NCBI RefSeq assembly: GCF_963921235.1
Contig: NC_086097.1
Span: forward strand, 230,518,001 to 230,582,000
From: Mobula hypostoma
Lineage: Eukaryota
Direction: 5' to 3'
Length of the DNA stretch: 64,000 nucleotides
Positions 39,880-52,959 of the stretch are shown piece after piece (positions within the stretch are counted from its first letter, which is position 1; each line of letters begins with the position of its first letter). The position numbers and the translations under genes are program-made. A model generated the notes under the pieces. The model had not been told where the DNA came from. It made no database searches and saw only the letters and a list, made by a program, of their open reading frames with translations.

Positions 39880-40780
39880 CAAGGTGAAGTTTGCAGATGA
39901 TACGAAGACTGGTGGTATTGTGGATAATACAATACTGGCAAATAATACAAGTGGAATATACATTAGATCAGTTGCAGATACGGGCAGATGGAATTTAACC
40001 CAGCCAACTATGAAGTGTTGCACTTTGGTAGGTCAAATGTAAAGAGACAATACATTGTTAAGGGCAAAACCCTTAACAGTGTTAAGGAGCAGAGGAATCT
40101 TTTAGTCCAAATTCATAGCTCCCTGAAGATGGCAAACAGATTGGTAGGGTGGTTAAGAAGACATATGGCATGTTTGCCTTTAATATTCAAGAAATTGAGT
40201 TCAAAAGACAGGAAGTTATGTAGAACTTTATAAAACTCTAGCCTGGCTGCATCTGGAACATTACATACAGTGTTGGTCACCCCATTATAGGAAGGATGTG
40301 TCGAGGTTTTGGAGATGGTACAGAAGTTTACCAGGATGGTGTCTGGATTAGAGGGCATATGCTATGACGGTAGGATGAACAAACATGGGTTGTTTTCTCT
40401 GGAGCAGCAGAGGCTGGCAGGAGATCTGATGGAAGTTTGTATGATTATGAGAGGCATCAATAAAGTCGACAGACAGCATCTTTTTCCCCACAGTTGAAAT
40501 GTCTTATACCAGACGGCATATCACTTAAGGTGAGAGGAATGACATTTAAAGCAGATGAGAGATGAAAGTTGTTTTTTTATTATTTTTACACAGATAAAAT
40601 TGGATCCTTTTCAGAGATGTTTATATAGGTACATGAATGTGAGGGTAGTGGAAAGTTGCGGACATTGTGTAGGCAGATGAGATTGGTTTAGTTGGCCATT
40701 TGTTTACTAATTTTAATCAGTCAGCACAACTTTATAGTCCGAAGGACCTGTTCCTGTGCTGTACTGTTCTATGTTCTAAA
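39880..40780 (+). mobile_element. CR1 LINE 3' fragment, degenerate
   Basis: KFADDTK, MEFNPANYEVLHFG, VQKFTRMVSGL, GDLMEV. Confidence 0.85.
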
Positions 40781-43700
40781 TTCTATCCCTGACATTAGTT
40801 TGCTCACGACCTGCCACAGAGCCATTCAGGCAGCTATATCCTCCAACCAAAAGGGAATCTCCCAAGCCATTCTTCACCATGCACAACCTTTCTAATGATT
40901 CATAGGACAGCCAGGTTTGTGTGGAGGATTTAGGATTTGCAACTTTTGTTTTTGACTGGGATACTTCAACAAGCAGCAATCTCTTGAGGTGGATCATTGT
41001 GAAAGATTACAATTCTAAGCTTCACACTCTATGCTTTAGGTAAAACATTATTGTAGACAGAAGGGACTGCAGATACAGTAATCCAGAGCAGATACAAGCA
41101 ACATCAGTGGAGGCAATGGATTGGTTGATGATTCAATTGAGATCCTGCATTAGGACTACCAAAGATGATTGTATTTCCTCTAAATGGTTTTTATATAAAA
41201 TGACGGTTTAAAATGAGTAGTTTACTGTTATTACTAGAATGTTGAAAATGATTTTTTAAACTTAAAATAGATTTGTACTTTAGGTCACTTTAAAACATTA
41301 TATCAACTCACTTTTCTGTCTTACCAATGCCCAGATGAATGGTGTAATCCCATTTACATGATGGTAATGAGTATTTCTGCACAGTATCAATTTCACCAAG
41401 CAGAAGGAATCATTCACAGGATGGTTTCCAGTTTAAACAGGCATTGTACAGAGGTCCTCTTCACTTGATGTAACTTGAAGCTCAACAGCATTTTTTATCT
41501 GGGCTTAAAATTCATGAGAGACTAGCACTCTGCACTAGTAACTGAAAGGCAGACAGAGCCTCTGACAAGCACTTTAGTTTATATATGTTTACATTCAAAA
41601 ATTAATTTATGCAAATATTTTATAGTGACAAATTAATCACATTAGGTAATGTCATCCAAAATACCAATTAGAAAAAGTCCAAATATTATACACAATATTA
41701 GCAAATGAAAACAGAAGTAGCAAAAAAAAGGTAAATGAGAACGGCAACCAGGTTTTTATATTCAATTTATATTAAGAATATGACATCTCCTGGTCAAAGA
41801 AGACATGGCATCTCTACCAATATTCATCTGTGTGAAATTCTGAAGAGTAACAATCTCCTTTTGAAAAATTTACATTTCTAAACACAATACATTAATGTCA
41901 CAGGGCAGAGCTTGCTGTATGTTTATTTAAAAGGAATTGACAGCTCTTAATTAACACAAAGCCAAGTCAGATCATTTCAACTTCTACCATCTCATTAGAA
42001 TTAGGTTGGTGCTGAACAGAGACGGACAATGAGGGACCCTATTGTCCCAGTTTTCAATCAGTGTGACAGTTGTGAGAAGACAACTTGTAACGCAGTAGGG
42101 ATATGCTGTGAAATTCAGTAACGCACCGAGCTGTGAACCCTCAGCCTTTTCAGTTTCATTTGGGTGGGGTGGGGGCAGGGAGAACCGAGCCATTTGGCTC
42201 CAAGAAAATTAATGCATTTGGCAATAGGGCAGGAGAATTCAAGATTCAAATTTACTTATTATGTGTACATCAAAACATACAGTGAAATGCGTCATTTGCA
42301 TAAACAACCAACACACTGGGGGTGTGCAGGGGCAGCCCGCAAGTGTTACCACACATTCATTGTTACATTTTGTGACTCCAAAACTAATTGGAAGAAAAAC
42401 GAAATAAGAGCCTAACTTTGTCTTACTTTAAGTGAGGTCTGTGAGTAATGACGTGATGCTGTGATGACATATGCCATTTACGTACTTTTACATACAACTG
42501 GCAATGCATTATGTAAACAAAGAAAGCTGTATCAAGCAATATATTTACAATATTACTCAAATATTAATGAAATATTAAATGCACCACACATTCGGTCACA
42601 GCCCCTCAAAAAAATTTACCCCTGTTTGCACTTTTCCCACCACCTTCTCGACTGTCAATAGCTTTATGATTTTCTGTGAGAGTGAAGGCTTTCTGAAGGT
42701 GCAAGGCATGGAGGGATGTCTGGGAATTCTGGCTTTAGGCAATGATGAAAAATAGGCAAAAGGAAACCAGCTGGGTCATGCCTTCTCCTCATTGCTATCA
42801 TCGGGCAGGAGGTAGTGGTAATGGTGCATGCAATACTTAAATAGAGTTTTATCATTCCTTTTATAGTAGCTATTTCCAGAATGTTCTTTGCAGTTAGCTT
42901 TGTAGATGCCTCAAGAAGACAGCATCCATCATTAAAGACCCTCATCAACTAGGACATGCCCTCTTCTCATTGCTACCATCAAGGAAGAAGTACAGGAGCC
43001 TGAAGACACACATTCAGTAACAAGTTCTTCCTGTCTACCTTCTGAATAGTCCATGAGCCCATGAACACTACTTCAATATTTTCTTCTCTTTGGCACTATT
43101 GTTTCATATTTTTCACTGTAACTTATAGTATCTTTTTAATGATTGCAATGTACCACTGCTGCAAATCAACAAATTTCAGGACATTTGTCAGGGCTAATAA
43201 ACCTGATTTGGAGTCTGAACTCCCTGTCCAAATCAAAAGGAAGTAAGCAAGTCATGAGACAGTGCTGAAAGGATTGTTGATGCACAGACATCTAATGAGA
43301 TGTAAGAGTGCCCGCGGGATTAGACATAAATATAAAACCTTTTAATCTCAAATTAATGTTACTCAGCTGTACCTGCAGCACAGTGGCTGGCTAAAATAAA
43401 ATTTCGAGATCCACAGAGACACTCTGTGGCCAAAATCTACAGCTGCAGGCAGATTATACCAACTTTTCAATATCCCTATAAGCCAGTGGGAATCTGGTAA
43501 TTTTCCTCAATTATCATAATTGAAACAGTGGGAAGAGAAGTCAGCAAGGGGCTGCAGCAAATAGGGTTTCTATCATTTTACTGGGTTTGGATTGCATTCT
43601 CATACTCCTATTTATACAGCACTTCTCATACAAACATCACAGTTCAAGTGCTTACTGTGGCATAACGTGCCAACATGAAAATAAAACACAAAGAAAAATT

Positions 43701-44019
43701 GTTAACAGCAAGGTTAAATAAACAGGTTTTGCGTTAGCATTTGAAAGTATCAACCGGGTCTGCGTCTCTTATAGTTTTAGGTATAGAGCTTAGGAGTGTG
43801 GTTCAAAAAAGCTGACCTTCCAATTATCTTTTGAGAGAGATTGTTTAAATTTAAGAGATGGACAGAATGAGGCCTGAGCAAAATTATAAAACAAAAGTGA
43901 TTCTGAGCCAACTGGAGGGAGGCAGCTCCCACTGCATCTTCCCTCTTTCTAGCCATCTTGACACAACTTCCTGTGGCCGCCACAAGGCAGGTGGTGTGAG
44001 CCGCAAGTTCATTCCACTG

Positions 44020-44763
44020 CTGTTCACTCTGCTGACCCACGACTGTGCAGCAATACACAGCTTGAATACATCGTCAAGTTCGCCGATGACACCACCGTGG
44101 TGGGTCTCATCTGCAAGAACGACGAATCAGCATACAGAGAGGAGGTGCAGCGGCTAATGGACTGGTGCAGAGCCAGCAACCTATCTCTGAATGTGAACAA
44201 AACAAAAGAGATGGTTGTTGACTTCAGGAGAGCATGGAGCGACCACTCTCCGCTGAACGTCGACGGCTCCTCTGTAGAGATCGTTAACAGCACCAAATTT
44301 CTTGGTGTTAATCTCACCTGGTCCCTCAACACGAGCTCCATAGCAAAGAAAGCCCAGCAGCATCTCTACTTTCTGCAAAGGCTGAGAAAAGTCCACCTCC
44401 TACCCCCCATCCTCACCACATTCTACAGAGGTTGTATCGAGAGCATCCTGAGCAGCTGCATCACTGTCTGGTTCGGGAATTGCACCGTCTCGGATCGCAA
44501 GACCCTGCAGCAGATAGTGAAGTCAGCTGAGAAGATCATCGAGGTCTCTCTTCCCGCCGTTACAGACATTTGCACCACACGCTGCATCCGCAAAGCTAAC
44601 AGTATTGTGAAGGACCCCACACGCCCCTCATACAAACTCTTCTCCCTCCTGCCATCTGGCAAAAGGTACCAAAGCATTCAGGCTCTCACGACCAGACTGT
44701 GCAACAGTGTTTTTCCCCAAGCCATCAGACTCCTCAATACTCAGAGTCTAGTCTGACACCAAC

Positions 44764-44799
<36 letters not shown>

Positions 44800-45160
44800 A
44801 ACTGAACACCACTCCACTCCCTTTGCAATCTTTGCTCATTTCTTTCTCAATTCCAGGTAAAACATTGTTTACATTGTTTACATTTACAGCATTTATTATT
44901 ATATTGTAAAGTGTCCTTTACTGTGCCTATTGTCCTGTTTATTAATTATTGTACTGTCTTGCACTGTTTTGTGCACTTTATGTAGTCCCGTGTAGATCTG
45001 AAGTCTAATGTAGCCTTGTGTTGTTTCAGGTAGTCTAGTGTAGTTTTGTGTTGTTTCATGTGGCACCATGGTCCTGGAGGAATGTTGTTTCGTTTTTACT
45101 GTGTACTGTACCAGCAGTTATGGTTGAAATGACAATAAAAGCGACTTGACTTGACTTGTG
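44020..45160 (+). mobile_element. Rex1/Babar-type LINE 3' portion with (ACTTG)n tail
   Basis: KFADDTTVVGLICKNDESAYREEVQRLMDWC...[15 protein letters not shown]...FPQAIRLLN; AATAAA followed by tandem tail. Confidence 0.92.
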
Positions 45161-46359
45161 TTGACTTCCTTCTCTTTTGTAAACCACACAAAACTCCAGC
45201 ATCTACGGTGGGGGGAATGAATAGTCAACGTTTCAGGCCAAGACGCTTCCTCAGGACTGGTGTCGACTGAAACACTGATTGTTCATTTTCCTCTGCAGAT
45301 ACTGCCTGACCTGGGGAGCACGCCAGCAATTTTTGTGCGTTACTCAAGATTTTGCAGCGTCTGCAGAATCTTGCGTTCTCGTCTGTACACGGCTATTGCA
45401 GAGCCCAACAAGGCCTTAATGGTGCCTTTTCTTGTCATCTTCACTGATGACCTCAGTATTTTCTTTATTTATTGAGATACAGTGCAGAATAGGCCCTTCT
45501 GGATCTTTGACCCACACTGCCCAGCAATCCTCCGATTTAACCCTAGCCTAATCATGGGACAGTTTGCAATAACCAATTAACCAACCAGCCGGTACATCTT
45601 TGGACTGTGGAAGGAAACCGACAGGGTCAAGTGGAGGACGGACTAGCTCCTTACAGGCAGCAACAGGAATTGAACCTAGGGCACTGGTACTGTCAGCATT
45701 GTGCTAACCACTACGGTACCGCGCTGCCCCAACGTGGTACCTTTGCACTGGAAGGCATGGAACTTCACAGTATAAGTGTATAAGTGGCCAGCAGAATTTG
45801 AATTGGAGACATATTAGAAGAGGTGAATGAAAGTTAACAAATTAGCTTTATTTATCACATGTAACCAAAACATACAGTGATATGCAGCATTTGCTTCAAA
45901 AACCCTCGAGGGGAGGGGAAAGCCTGCAAGTGTTGCCATGCTTCCAGTGACAACATAGCATACCCACAACTTACTAATGCTAACCCGTACAGCTTTGGAA
46001 TGTGGGAGGAAACCCACACAGTCATGGGGAGAACGTACAAACTTTCTCACAGCGAGGGGAATTGAACCCTGGTCTTGCAGCTGGTAGCATAGAGCAAGGT
46101 GCTATCTGCTATGCTCCCATGCTATGCTTTGAATAAGCAAGGAACTCCTCAGAAAAAAGTGGCAAGCTGAATTTAAACCAGAGATTCACTTGCGAGCATA
46201 GTAGCATAAGCCAACAAAAGCCTGCCTGAACTGGTAAGTTTTCAAGAGCTCAACAAAGTGATGAAGTTTTAAGGGAAAACATCCAGAGCTCAGAACCGTG
46301 ATTGCTGAAGGGAAGATTACAAACGTTGGAACAAGGGCTTGAATTGGAGAGATGCAGAC

Positions 46360-46545
46360 ATGAGAACATAAGAAACAGGAGCAGGAGTAGGCCATCAACC
46401 CTGCTCCACCGTTCAATAAGACCATGGCTGATCTGGCCATGGACTCATCTCCACCTACCTGCCTTTTCCCCATAACCCTTAATTCCCCTACTATGCAAAA
46501 ATCTATCCAACCCTGTCTTAAATATATTTACTGAGGTAACCTCCA
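46360..46545 (-). mobile_element. CR1 3' end
   Basis: Highly similar to 48740-48930. Confidence 0.85.
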
Positions 46546-46592
46546 TGAGGGTTGGAGGCCGTCAGTATTTACTGATCTTTAAGAATGGTTAC

Positions 46593-46821
46593 TGTGGTAA
46601 ACCATGTATATACGTTGTAACTCGGTTACCTGTCTGGACACACCCCTCTGCTGACTGCCCCTGTGGCTCCTCCCACAGAGTCCTGTATAAAGGTGTTCGC
46701 CTTGCCCCTCCCCCTCAGTCCGGGGGCAGACACTCACTGTGGAGGTCGTATTGTACAGCGAATAAAAGCCTTTCAGTATTTTACCAAACCTCAGTCTTTT
46801 GGAGTAATTGAAGGTGCTTCA
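46593..46821 (+). mobile_element. Solo LTR (229 bp)
   Basis: TG...CA ends, perfect 5-bp TSD GTTAC (46588-46592 and 46822-46826), TATAAA at ~46686, AATAAA at ~46761. Confidence 0.9.
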
Positions 46822-48089
46822 GTTACCAGATCCATGAAGTGCCAAAGCAGCTTCACAGTGTTGGTGCTCGCTTCTACATAGATCATATTGGAGGCACACA
46901 TTTAACACCATGCAATCACAGTAGACATAAATATTGAACTGCTATTGCTCAATCTTATGGGAGAATTCTACACGTTTAGCAACCACACCCCTCCCATATA
47001 TCAGTTTCCCTTGTAGCAGCTGTCACTATGCAATATGAAAATAGCTAGTATAGCACCTTGTATCACACAGCAAGCACTGTAGCTTAGTGCTGACATCAGG
47101 AAGTTCTTACTGAAGTCTTACAAAACACTTTTTAAATGGACTTTGAAACAATGTTGCAACCAACTCAGCAATTTGAATGTGAGCAGCAAGATGGCACGAT
47201 TATCTGGGTAGATGACTTGATGAAAAGCTGCAACCAATATAATGATGACCAAAGCAAAACTTCCTTTACTCCCTTATAACCAGTATTTTCATTACTTCAT
47301 TTAAGTTTAAGTTGAAAGTTCAAAGCACATAAATTATACAACTCTGAAATTTGTCTGCTTGCAGACAGCCACAAGACAAGAAACCCGAAAGAACCCATTA
47401 AAAAAAAGACCAACAAACATCCAATGTGCAGAGAGGGGGGGAGAAAAAGCACAAATCGCGCAAACAACAAAAGCAAGCAACAGCATTCAGAACGTAAGTG
47501 AGTCCATAGACACAGACCCTGGAGCAGTCAGAGCAGGCCCACAGCCTCAGCATCAGTTCATCACACAGCGGAGTAAAACGTTGCAGAGCTCACAGACATG
47601 AAGCCCGGAGCATAAAAAAATAATTTATTTAATGTACTGTGGATTATGCAGCTTTGTCAACCTTGGCCAATAAACCATGGCTTCAGGTTTCACTTCAAGC
47701 CACGAGCATATCATCCAGACTGGTCCTGTAGTGAGGGATTGCTGCACTGTCACAGATGCCAGGTTTTGAATAAACATTAAACCCAAGTCCATACTGGGCA
47801 CCTTGTGAGACGTGATCTTTTTTCCACAACACTCAAATGAGTAGAGAAGTACCCTCAGCGACTTGACTAATAATTTCCCCTCAATCAACATCATTTAAGT
47901 TCAAATTCAAGTTTAGTGTCATTCAACTGTACACCTGTACAAAGTTAAATGAAAGAACATTCCCCATGACCAAGGTGAAAAGCACAGATCATATATCACA
48001 AACAGCACATAAAATAGCATAACACAATCATATTAACAGATTTTTAAAAATTACGTTGATGTACAAGTTGACATCTGGTGTTAACTATA

Positions 48090-50381
48090 CAGTGTCTATA
48101 AAAAGTATTAAACACTCCCCTCCGGAAGTTTTCATGTTTTATTGTTTTACAACATTGAATCACAGCAGATTTAATTTGGCTTGTTTGACATGGATCAACA
48201 GAAAGAGACTCTTTTACGTCAAAGTGAAAACAAATCTCTACAAACTGATCTAAATTAATTACAAATATAAAACACAAAATAATTGATTGCATAAATATTC
48301 ACCCGCTTCAAATCAGAATTTAGTCATTGCACCTTTGGTAGCAATTACCCCCTTGAGTTTGTGTGGATAGGCTTTGCACATCTGGACACTGCAATTTTCC
48401 CCCATTCTTCTTTACAAAACTGCTCAAGCTCTGTCAAATTGCATGGGGATCATAAGTGAACAACCCTTTTCAAGTCCAGCCACAAATTCTCAATTGGATT
48501 GAGGTCTGGACTCTGACATGGCCACTTCAGAACATTAACGTTGCTGTTTTTAAGCCATTCATGTATAGCTTTGGCTTTATGCTTGAGGTCATTGTCTTGC
48601 TGGAAAACCAACCTCCTCTCCTCTTGCAGACTGCATCAGGTTTTCCTCCAGGAGTTTCTGGAAATTTTGCTGCATTCATTTTACCCTCTATTTTCACATG
48701 CTCTCCAGGGCCTGCTGCAGTGGAGCATCCCCAGAGCATAAGAACATAGGAAATAGGAGCAGGAGTAGGCCATCCGGCCCATCGAGCCTGCCCCGCCATT
48801 CAATAAGATCATGGCTGATCTGTCCGTAAACTCAGCTCCATCTACCTGCCTCTTCTCCATAACCCTTAATTCCCTTACTATGTAAAAACCCATCTAACTG
48901 TTTCTTAAATATATTTAGTGAAGAAGCCTCAACTGCTTCCCTGGGCAGAGAATTCCACAGATTCACCACTCTCTGGGAAAAACAGTTTCTCCTCATCTCC
49001 GTCCTAAATCTTCTCCCCTGAATCTTGAAGCAATGTCCCCTAGTTCTAGCCTCACCTACCAATGGAAACAACTTTCCTACTTCCATATTATCTATCCCCT
49101 TCAAAATTTGGTATGTTTCTATAAGATCTCCTCTCATTCTTCTGAACTCCAGAGAGTATAGTCCCAGACAACTCAATCTTGCCTCATAGGTTAACCCCTT
49201 CATCCCTGGAATCAACCTGGTGAACCTCCTCTGCACTGCCTCCAAAGCCAGTATATCCTTCCTCAAGTATGGAGGCCAGAACTGCAACACAGTACTCCAG
49301 GTGCGGTCTCACCAGTACCCTGTATAGTTGCAGCATGACCTCCCTGCTCTTGAATTCAATCCCTCTAGCAATGAAGGCCAACATTCCATTTGTCTTCTTA
49401 ATAACCTGTTGTACCTGCAAGCCAACTTCACACCAACTTCACACCATGCTTTACAGCTGGGATGGTGTGTTTTCGATGATTTGTGGACTTCAGCTTACAC
49501 CAAACATTGCTTTTAATCTGATGGCAAAAAGGCTCAATTTTGGTTTCTCAGACCATAGAAGCTTCTTCCTGCTGACTTCAGAGTCTCCCACATGCCTTCT
49601 TGCAAACTTACCAAAGATACCATGTGACTTTTTTTCCAACAGTGGTTTTCTCTTTGCCCCCCTCCCATAAAGCTGTGACTGGTGAAGCAACTGGGCAACA
49701 GTTGTTGTATGTGCAGTCTCTCCCATCTCAGTCACTGAAGCTTGTAACTCCTCCAGCATTGTCATAGTTTTCTTGGTGGTCTCCCTCACTCGTCCCCTTC
49801 TTGCACAGTCACTTAGTTTTTGAGGATGTCCTGCTCTAGGCAGATTTACAGTTGTGCTATGTTCTTTCCATTTCTTGATGACTGACTTAACTGTACTCCA
49901 AGTGGATTAGGAAATTCTCTTGTACCCATCTCTTGACTTGTGCTTTTCAGTAACCTTTTGTAGAGTTGCTTGGTGTGTTCTTTTGTCTTCATAGTGTAGT
50001 TTTTGCCAGGATACTGACTCACCAGCAGTTGGACCTTCCAGAGACAGGAGCTATCAATAAAACAGCTTAATTGCACACAGGTCTCCAAAAACAGATCTCT
50101 ATTTCACTAATTATGTGACTTCTAAAACCAATTGGCTGCACCAGTAATTATAAGGTCTGTCATATAAAAGCGGGGGGGGGGGGTGGGGAATACTTATGCA
50201 ATCATTTTTGTGTTTTGTATTTGTAATTAATTTAGATTACTTTGTAGAAATCGGTTTTCACTTTGGTACGAATGGCCTTTTTCTGTTGATCAGTGCCAAA
50301 TTAAATCCACTGTGAACCAGTGTTGTAAAACAATAAAACATGAAAACTTCTAAATGGGGTGAATACTTTTTATAGGCATTG
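48090..50381 (-). mobile_element. Tc1-family transposon, degenerate, same family as 37232-39301, with CR1 insertion
   Basis: TA|CAGTGTCTATAAAAAGTATT ... GAATACTTTTTATAGGCATTG|TA; transposase remnants MKTKEHTKQL, LYGRGAKRKPLL, LWSE, LWGC. Confidence 0.92.
48736..49430 (-). mobile_element. CR1 LINE 3' fragment nested in Tc1
   Basis: LYRVLVRPHLEYC, LEAVQRRFTRLIPGM, RGDLIETY, FSQRVVNLWNSLP. Confidence 0.93.
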
Positions 50382-50609
50382 TACAAAAGTATAATGCTAT
50401 TGGCGCTGTAAGAAATAACATGTACTGGATGGTAGTGGAGTGTTCAATAACCTCACAGCCTTTAAAAATGATCTCATAGCCAACCAAGGAGCTTGTTATA
50501 TGTGCTATTTGGCTGAAATTGGTAAAATGTAGACTATATTTTAAAACAATTTAAAGGGCGAGAAATGATTTTGACAATAAGATTTTGATGAGGATGCTAT
50601 TTATTTGAG

Positions 50610-50865
50610 GGGCACAAGCAGCATAGCGATGAGCTTAACATGATTACAGAGCCAGCTGTAAGATCAGGGTTCAATCCTCATTGCTCCCTGAGAGGAGTTT
50701 GTACGTTCTCCCCGAGAGAGTGGGGATTTCCTCCGGGTACTCCGGTTTCCTCCCACAGTCCAAAGATGTACAGAGAGTGCTAATGAGTTGTGGGCCTACT
50801 ATGTTGGCACCGGAAGTACATCAACACTTGCAAGCTGCCCAGCACAATCATTGATGATTTGATCA
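50610..50865 (+). mobile_element. V-domain (HE1-like) SINE
   Basis: GGTTCAATCC B box; GGAGTTTGTACGTTCTCCCC...TTTCCTCCGGGTACTCCGGTTTCCTCCCACA. Confidence 0.8.
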
Positions 50866-50868
50866 TTT

Positions 50869-52959
50869 CTAGAGGAAGGTGCAGGACATGTGTCTTCCAA
50901 AAGTGAGGAAATACTCAAATAGCAAAATAGTACAACCATGGCTGGCAAAGAAAGTCAGAGCTAATGTAAAAGCAAAAGAAAGGGCATACAACAAAGCAAA
51001 AATTAGTGGGGAGATAGAGGATTGGGAAGTTTTTAAAAACCTACGGAGACCAACAAAAAAAATCATTAGAAGGGAAGAGATGAAATATGAAAGCAAGCTA
51101 GCAAATAACATCAAAGTGGACAGAAAAAGTTTTTTCAAGTATGTTAAAAATAAAAGAGAAATGAGAGTGGACTTAGGACCGCTAGAAAATGAGGCAGGAG
51201 AAATAATAACAGGGGATAAGGAGATAGCTGATGAACTAAATGAGTATTTTGCATCAGTCTTCACTGTGAAAGACACTAGCAGTATGCCTGATGTTGAAGG
51301 GTGTGAAGGAAGAGAAGTGGGTGCAGTTACTATTACAAGAGAGAAGGTGCTCAAAAAGCTAAAAGATCTAAAGGTACATAAGTCACCTGGACCAGATGAA
51401 CTTCACCCTAGGGTTCTGAAAGAGGTAACAATAGAGATTGTGGTGGCATTAGCAATGATCTTTCAAAAATCATTGGACTCTGGCATGGTGCCAGAGGACT
51501 GGAAAATTGCAAATGTTACTCCACTCTTCAAGAAAGGAGGAAGGCAACAGAAAGGAAATTATAGACCAGTTGGCCTGACCTCAGTGGTTGGGAAGATGTT
51601 AGAGTCAATTGTTAAGGATGAGGTGATGGAGTACCTGGTGACACAGGACAAGATAGTACAAAGTCAGCATGGTTTCCTTCAAGGAAAATCCGTGCCCGAC
51701 GAACCTGTTGGAATTCTTTGAGGCGATTATAAGTAGGATAGATAAAGGGGATGCAGTGGATGTTGTATATTTGGACTTCCAGAAGGCTTTTGACAAGGTG
51801 CCATACATGAGGCTGCTTACCAAGTTAAGAGCCCATGGTATTACAGGAAAGTTACTAACATGGTTACAGCATTGGCTGTTTGGTAGGAGGTAGCAAGTGG
51901 GAATAAAAGGATCCTTTTCTGGTTGGTTACCAGTGACTAATGGTGTTCTGCAGAGGTTGGTGTTGGGACCACTTCTTATGCTGTCTATAAATGATTTAGA
52001 TGATGGAATAGATGGCTTTGTTGCCGAGTTTGCAGATGATATGAAGATTGGTGTAGGGGCAGGTAGTGTTGAGGAAACAACAAGGATGCGGAAGGACTTA
52101 AACAGATTAGGAGAATGGACAAGAAAGTGGCAAATGAAATACAATGTTGGAAAATGCACGGTCATGCAGTTTGGTAGTAGGAATAAATGTGCAGACTATT
52201 TTCTAAACAGGGAGAAAATCCAAAAATCTGAGATGCAGAGGGACTTGGGAGTCCTTATGCAGAACACCCAAAAGGTTAACTTACAGGTTGAATCAGTCGT
52301 GAGAAGGACAAATGCCATGTTAGCATTCATTTCAGGAGGTCTAGAATACAAGAGCAAGGATCTGATGCTGAGGCTTTATAAGGTATTGGTGAGGCCTCAC
52401 CTTGAGTATTGTGAACAGTTTTGGGCCCCTCATCTTAGAAAAGATGTGCTGGCATTGGAGAGGGTCCAGAGGAGGTTCACAAGGATGATTCCAGGAATGA
52501 AAGGGTTATCATATGAGGAACATTTGATGGCCCTGGGTCTGTGCTCGCTGGAATTGAGAAGGATGAGGGGGGATCTCATTGAAAGTTTTGAATGTTGAAA
52601 GGCCTAGATAAAGTAGATGTGGAAAGGATGTTTTTCATGGTGGGAGAGTCTAGGACAAGAGGGCACAGCCTCAGGATAGAGGGGCACCCTTTCAAAACAA
52701 AGATGTGGAGAAATTTCTTACGCCAAAGGGTGGTGAATTTGTGGAATTTGTTGCCACGTGCAGCTGTGGAGGCCAGGTCATTGGGTGTATTTAAGGCAGC
52801 GATTGATATGTTCTTGATTGGAAATGGCATCGATGGTTATGGGAACAAGGCTGGGAACTGCAGTTGAGGAGGAGAAAAAAAAAGGATCAGCCATGATTGA
52901 ATGTCAGAACAGACTCGATGGGCCAAATAGCCCAATTCTGCTCCTATGTCTTATGGTCT
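50869..52959 (+). mobile_element. CR1 LINE, 5'-truncated ORF2 reverse transcriptase region, disrupted
   Basis: KSPGPDELHPRVLKE, PEDWKIANVTPLFKKG, NYRPV, QHGF, YLDFQKAFDKV, FADD, LVRPHLEYC; frameshifts and a stop. Confidence 0.96.

Noticed and set aside
41326..41499. Exon-like segment with good splice sites on the minus strand
   Set aside because: Stop codons in all three frames
44097..44756. Host gene (ALKBH8-like/DUF1891-type hit expected)
   Set aside because: It is the C-terminus of a Rex1/Babar LINE ORF, with several degenerate relatives in this window
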